Below are positions 57,939-59,594 of a stretch of DNA of 59,594 nt, piece by piece; the first letter of the stretch is position 1, and every line of letters starts with the position of its first letter. The stretch spans positions 1-59,594 of IMG/VR virus record IMGVR_UViG_3300030055_000360; one strand, given 5' to 3'. The notes under the pieces were generated by a model. That model made no database searches, was not told where the DNA came from, and saw only the letters and a list, made by a program, of their open reading frames with translations. The position numbers and the translations under genes were made by a program. This DNA is from a virus (taxonomy: Duplodnaviria > Caudoviricetes).

Positions 57939-59594
57939 ATGAAAATTGCTATTTACTCAAGAAAATCTAAACTCACAGGCAAAGGTGATAGTATTGGAAA
58001 TCAAATTCAAATGTGTAAAGACTACATAGAAAATCTAAATAAAAATAAAGAAATTGAATATTCCATTTATGAAGATGAAGGATTCAGTGGTAAAAATACT
58101 AATAGACCTGAATTTCAGAAATTATTGAATGACATAAAGAAAGAAAAATTTGATATCTTGATATGCTATAGGTTAGATCGTATCTCACGTAATGTTGCTG
58201 ATTTCTCCTCTACCCTTGATGAATTACAATCATATGGAGTTGACTTCGTAAGTATAAGAGAGCAATTTGACACAACTAGTCCAATGGGACGTGCTATGAT
58301 TTATATTGCCTCTGTATTTGCACAATTAGAGCGTGAGACAATCGCAGAACGTGTTAGAGATAATATGATGGAGCTTGCAAAGAATGGTCAATGGTTAGGT
58401 GGTTCACCTCCTCTTGGTTATTCAAGAAAAAGAGAAACTTGCTTTGATGAGAATGGAAATGAAAAAGCTATCTCATTTTTAATTCAAGAACCTGAAGAAG
58501 TAAAATTAGTTAAAATAATTTTTGAAACATATTTAAAACAAGGATCTATTCATCAAACTGAAAAATATCTAATGAAAAATAATATAGTACCCGTGTCCGG
58601 AAAATATTTTGCATTAGCAACTCTACATAAAGTTTTGAAAAATCCTCTTTATGTTAAAAGTTCAGATGATATTCTAAAATATCTTGATGATGATGGCATA
58701 AACATTTATGGTACACCTGATGGAATTCATGGAATTTTACAATATAATAGAACTTTCTTAAGCACTAGAGATGGTAAGAAATTAAATCAATTCAGAGATA
58801 AATCTGAATGGATTGCAGCTGTAAGTAAAAGATGTAAAGGCTTCATTGAACCTAATACATGGCTAGAAGTACAAAAGCAGCTTAAAACTAATAAATTCTT
58901 AGCTCCTAACAGCGGTAAAACTAATAAAGCAATACTAACTAGTAAATTAATATGCAGCTCTTGTGGAACTACTATGGGCATAGTACAAGGGCATAGAGAT
59001 AACGATACTGGATTAAAAAAAATTTATTATAAGTGCAATTTAAAAAGACGTAGTAGCGGAAGACTTTGTAATAGTAAAAACTTAATTGGAGAAAAATTAG
59101 AAGAATGTGTATTAGATAGTTTAATTGAAATGGCTAAGAATAAAAAAAACTTTCTTGATAGGATTCGCAAGGTACGAAATGAAAGCAATAAAGTTAAAGA
59201 AGATAAAATCAGAAAATCTAGTATAGAAAAACAAATATTAACTAAGACTAAACAATTAAATGGCCTGCTTGAAAAATTAGCTTTGGCTGATGATCTAACT
59301 GATATCTTTATGAATAAAATAAGAACTCTAAAACCTGAAATCGCTGACTTAGAAAAAGATTTAAACGCTATAAATACTAATGTAGAAAATAACTCGTCTG
59401 AAAATTATGATGCTGAATTTATAAGTGCTCTATTAGATAAATGTATAAATATTAAAAATGAACCTATTGAAAATCAAAGAAGGATTATTAATTACTTAAT
59501 TGAAAAAATAGATTATAATAATGATACTGAAGTATTAACTATACACCCTATTGGCTCAGGTGAATGTAAAAAAAAACAATTCAGAGTTTCTTAA
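57939..59594 (+). CDS. Large serine recombinase (phage integrase)
   Basis: IYSRKS catalytic Ser; DEGFSG..TNRP; YRLDRISR; recombinase domain; CSSCG Zn ribbon; coiled coil; SD AGGAG before 57939. Confidence 0.96.
   Translation: MKIAIYSRKSKLTGKGDSIGNQIQMCKDYIENLNKNKEIEYSIYEDEGFSGKNTNRPEFQKLLNDIKKEKFDILICYRLDRISRNVADFSSTLDELQSYGVDFVSIREQFDTTSPMGRAMIYIASVFAQLERETIAERVRDNMMELAKNGQWLGGSPPLGYSRKRETCFDENGNEKAISFLIQEPEEVKLVKIIFETYLKQGSIHQTEKYLMKNNIVPVSGKYFALATLHKVLKNPLYVKSSDDILKYLDDDGINIYGTPDGIHGILQYNRTFLSTRDGKKLNQFRDKSEWIAAVSKRCKGFIEPNTWLEVQKQLKTNKFLAPNSGKTNKAILTSKLICSSCGTTMGIVQGHRDNDTGLKKIYYKCNLKRRSSGRLCNSKNLIGEKLEECVLDSLIEMAKNKKNFLDRIRKVRNESNKVKEDKIRKSSIEKQILTKTKQLNGLLEKLALADDLTDIFMNKIRTLKPEIADLEKDLNAINTNVENNSSENYDAEFISALLDKCINIKNEPIENQRRIINYLIEKIDYNNDTEVLTIHPIGSGECKKKQFRVS

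Larger units (their letters stand above)
1..59594. mobile_element. Temperate prophage (siphovirus-like), probably in a Clostridium host
   Basis: Canonical module order: integrase, repressor/ImmA/cro, replication, terminase, portal, capsid, tail, TMP, baseplate, holins, endolysin. att sites not identified, so the boundaries are uncertain. Confidence 0.95.

Noticed and set aside
59540-59594. att site at the integrase 3' end
   Set aside because: The window ends at the stop codon and no matching core was found at the left end; serine integrase att cores are too short to call by eye.

Overview
This is an essentially complete, AT-rich temperate siphovirus-type prophage, and its gene families point to a Clostridium sensu stricto host. 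Most genes lie on the minus strand, so the modules read right to left. (1) A large serine recombinase on the + strand. (2) An ~11 kb accessory/defence island inside the lysogeny module: TIM-barrel metalloenzyme, HEPN-like protein, AbiH, a TVGYG K+ channel-like protein, DUF262 + ABC-ATPase/TOPRIM, and DUF262 + HEPN. (3) cI/ImmA/cro with five TTCAC-N5-GTGAA-type operators. (4) Recombination and replication genes: SMC-like ATPase, RecT, MBL hydrolase, DUF4373/DnaD initiator, RusA. (5) An ArpU-like late activator, a ParB-MTase, and packaging, head and tail genes. (6) A long baseplate/receptor-binding cluster, two holins, an amidase, and cell-surface morons. The most unusual observations: a non-coding, frameshifted ~300 bp second copy of the initiator-gene origin region (iterons included) sitting right behind cI-immA; a LexA box in the divergent promoter between the integrase and the defence island; a HEPN-AbiH-K+ channel block bracketed by 46-47 bp direct repeats; an RT-less DUF262/OLD-like gene pair; a CCC-TAA +1 frameshift adding an Ig-like domain to the tail tube protein; and a candidate sRNA complementary to the start region of an unannotated hydrophobic mini-protein. 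All calls come from reading motifs by eye, with no database searches.
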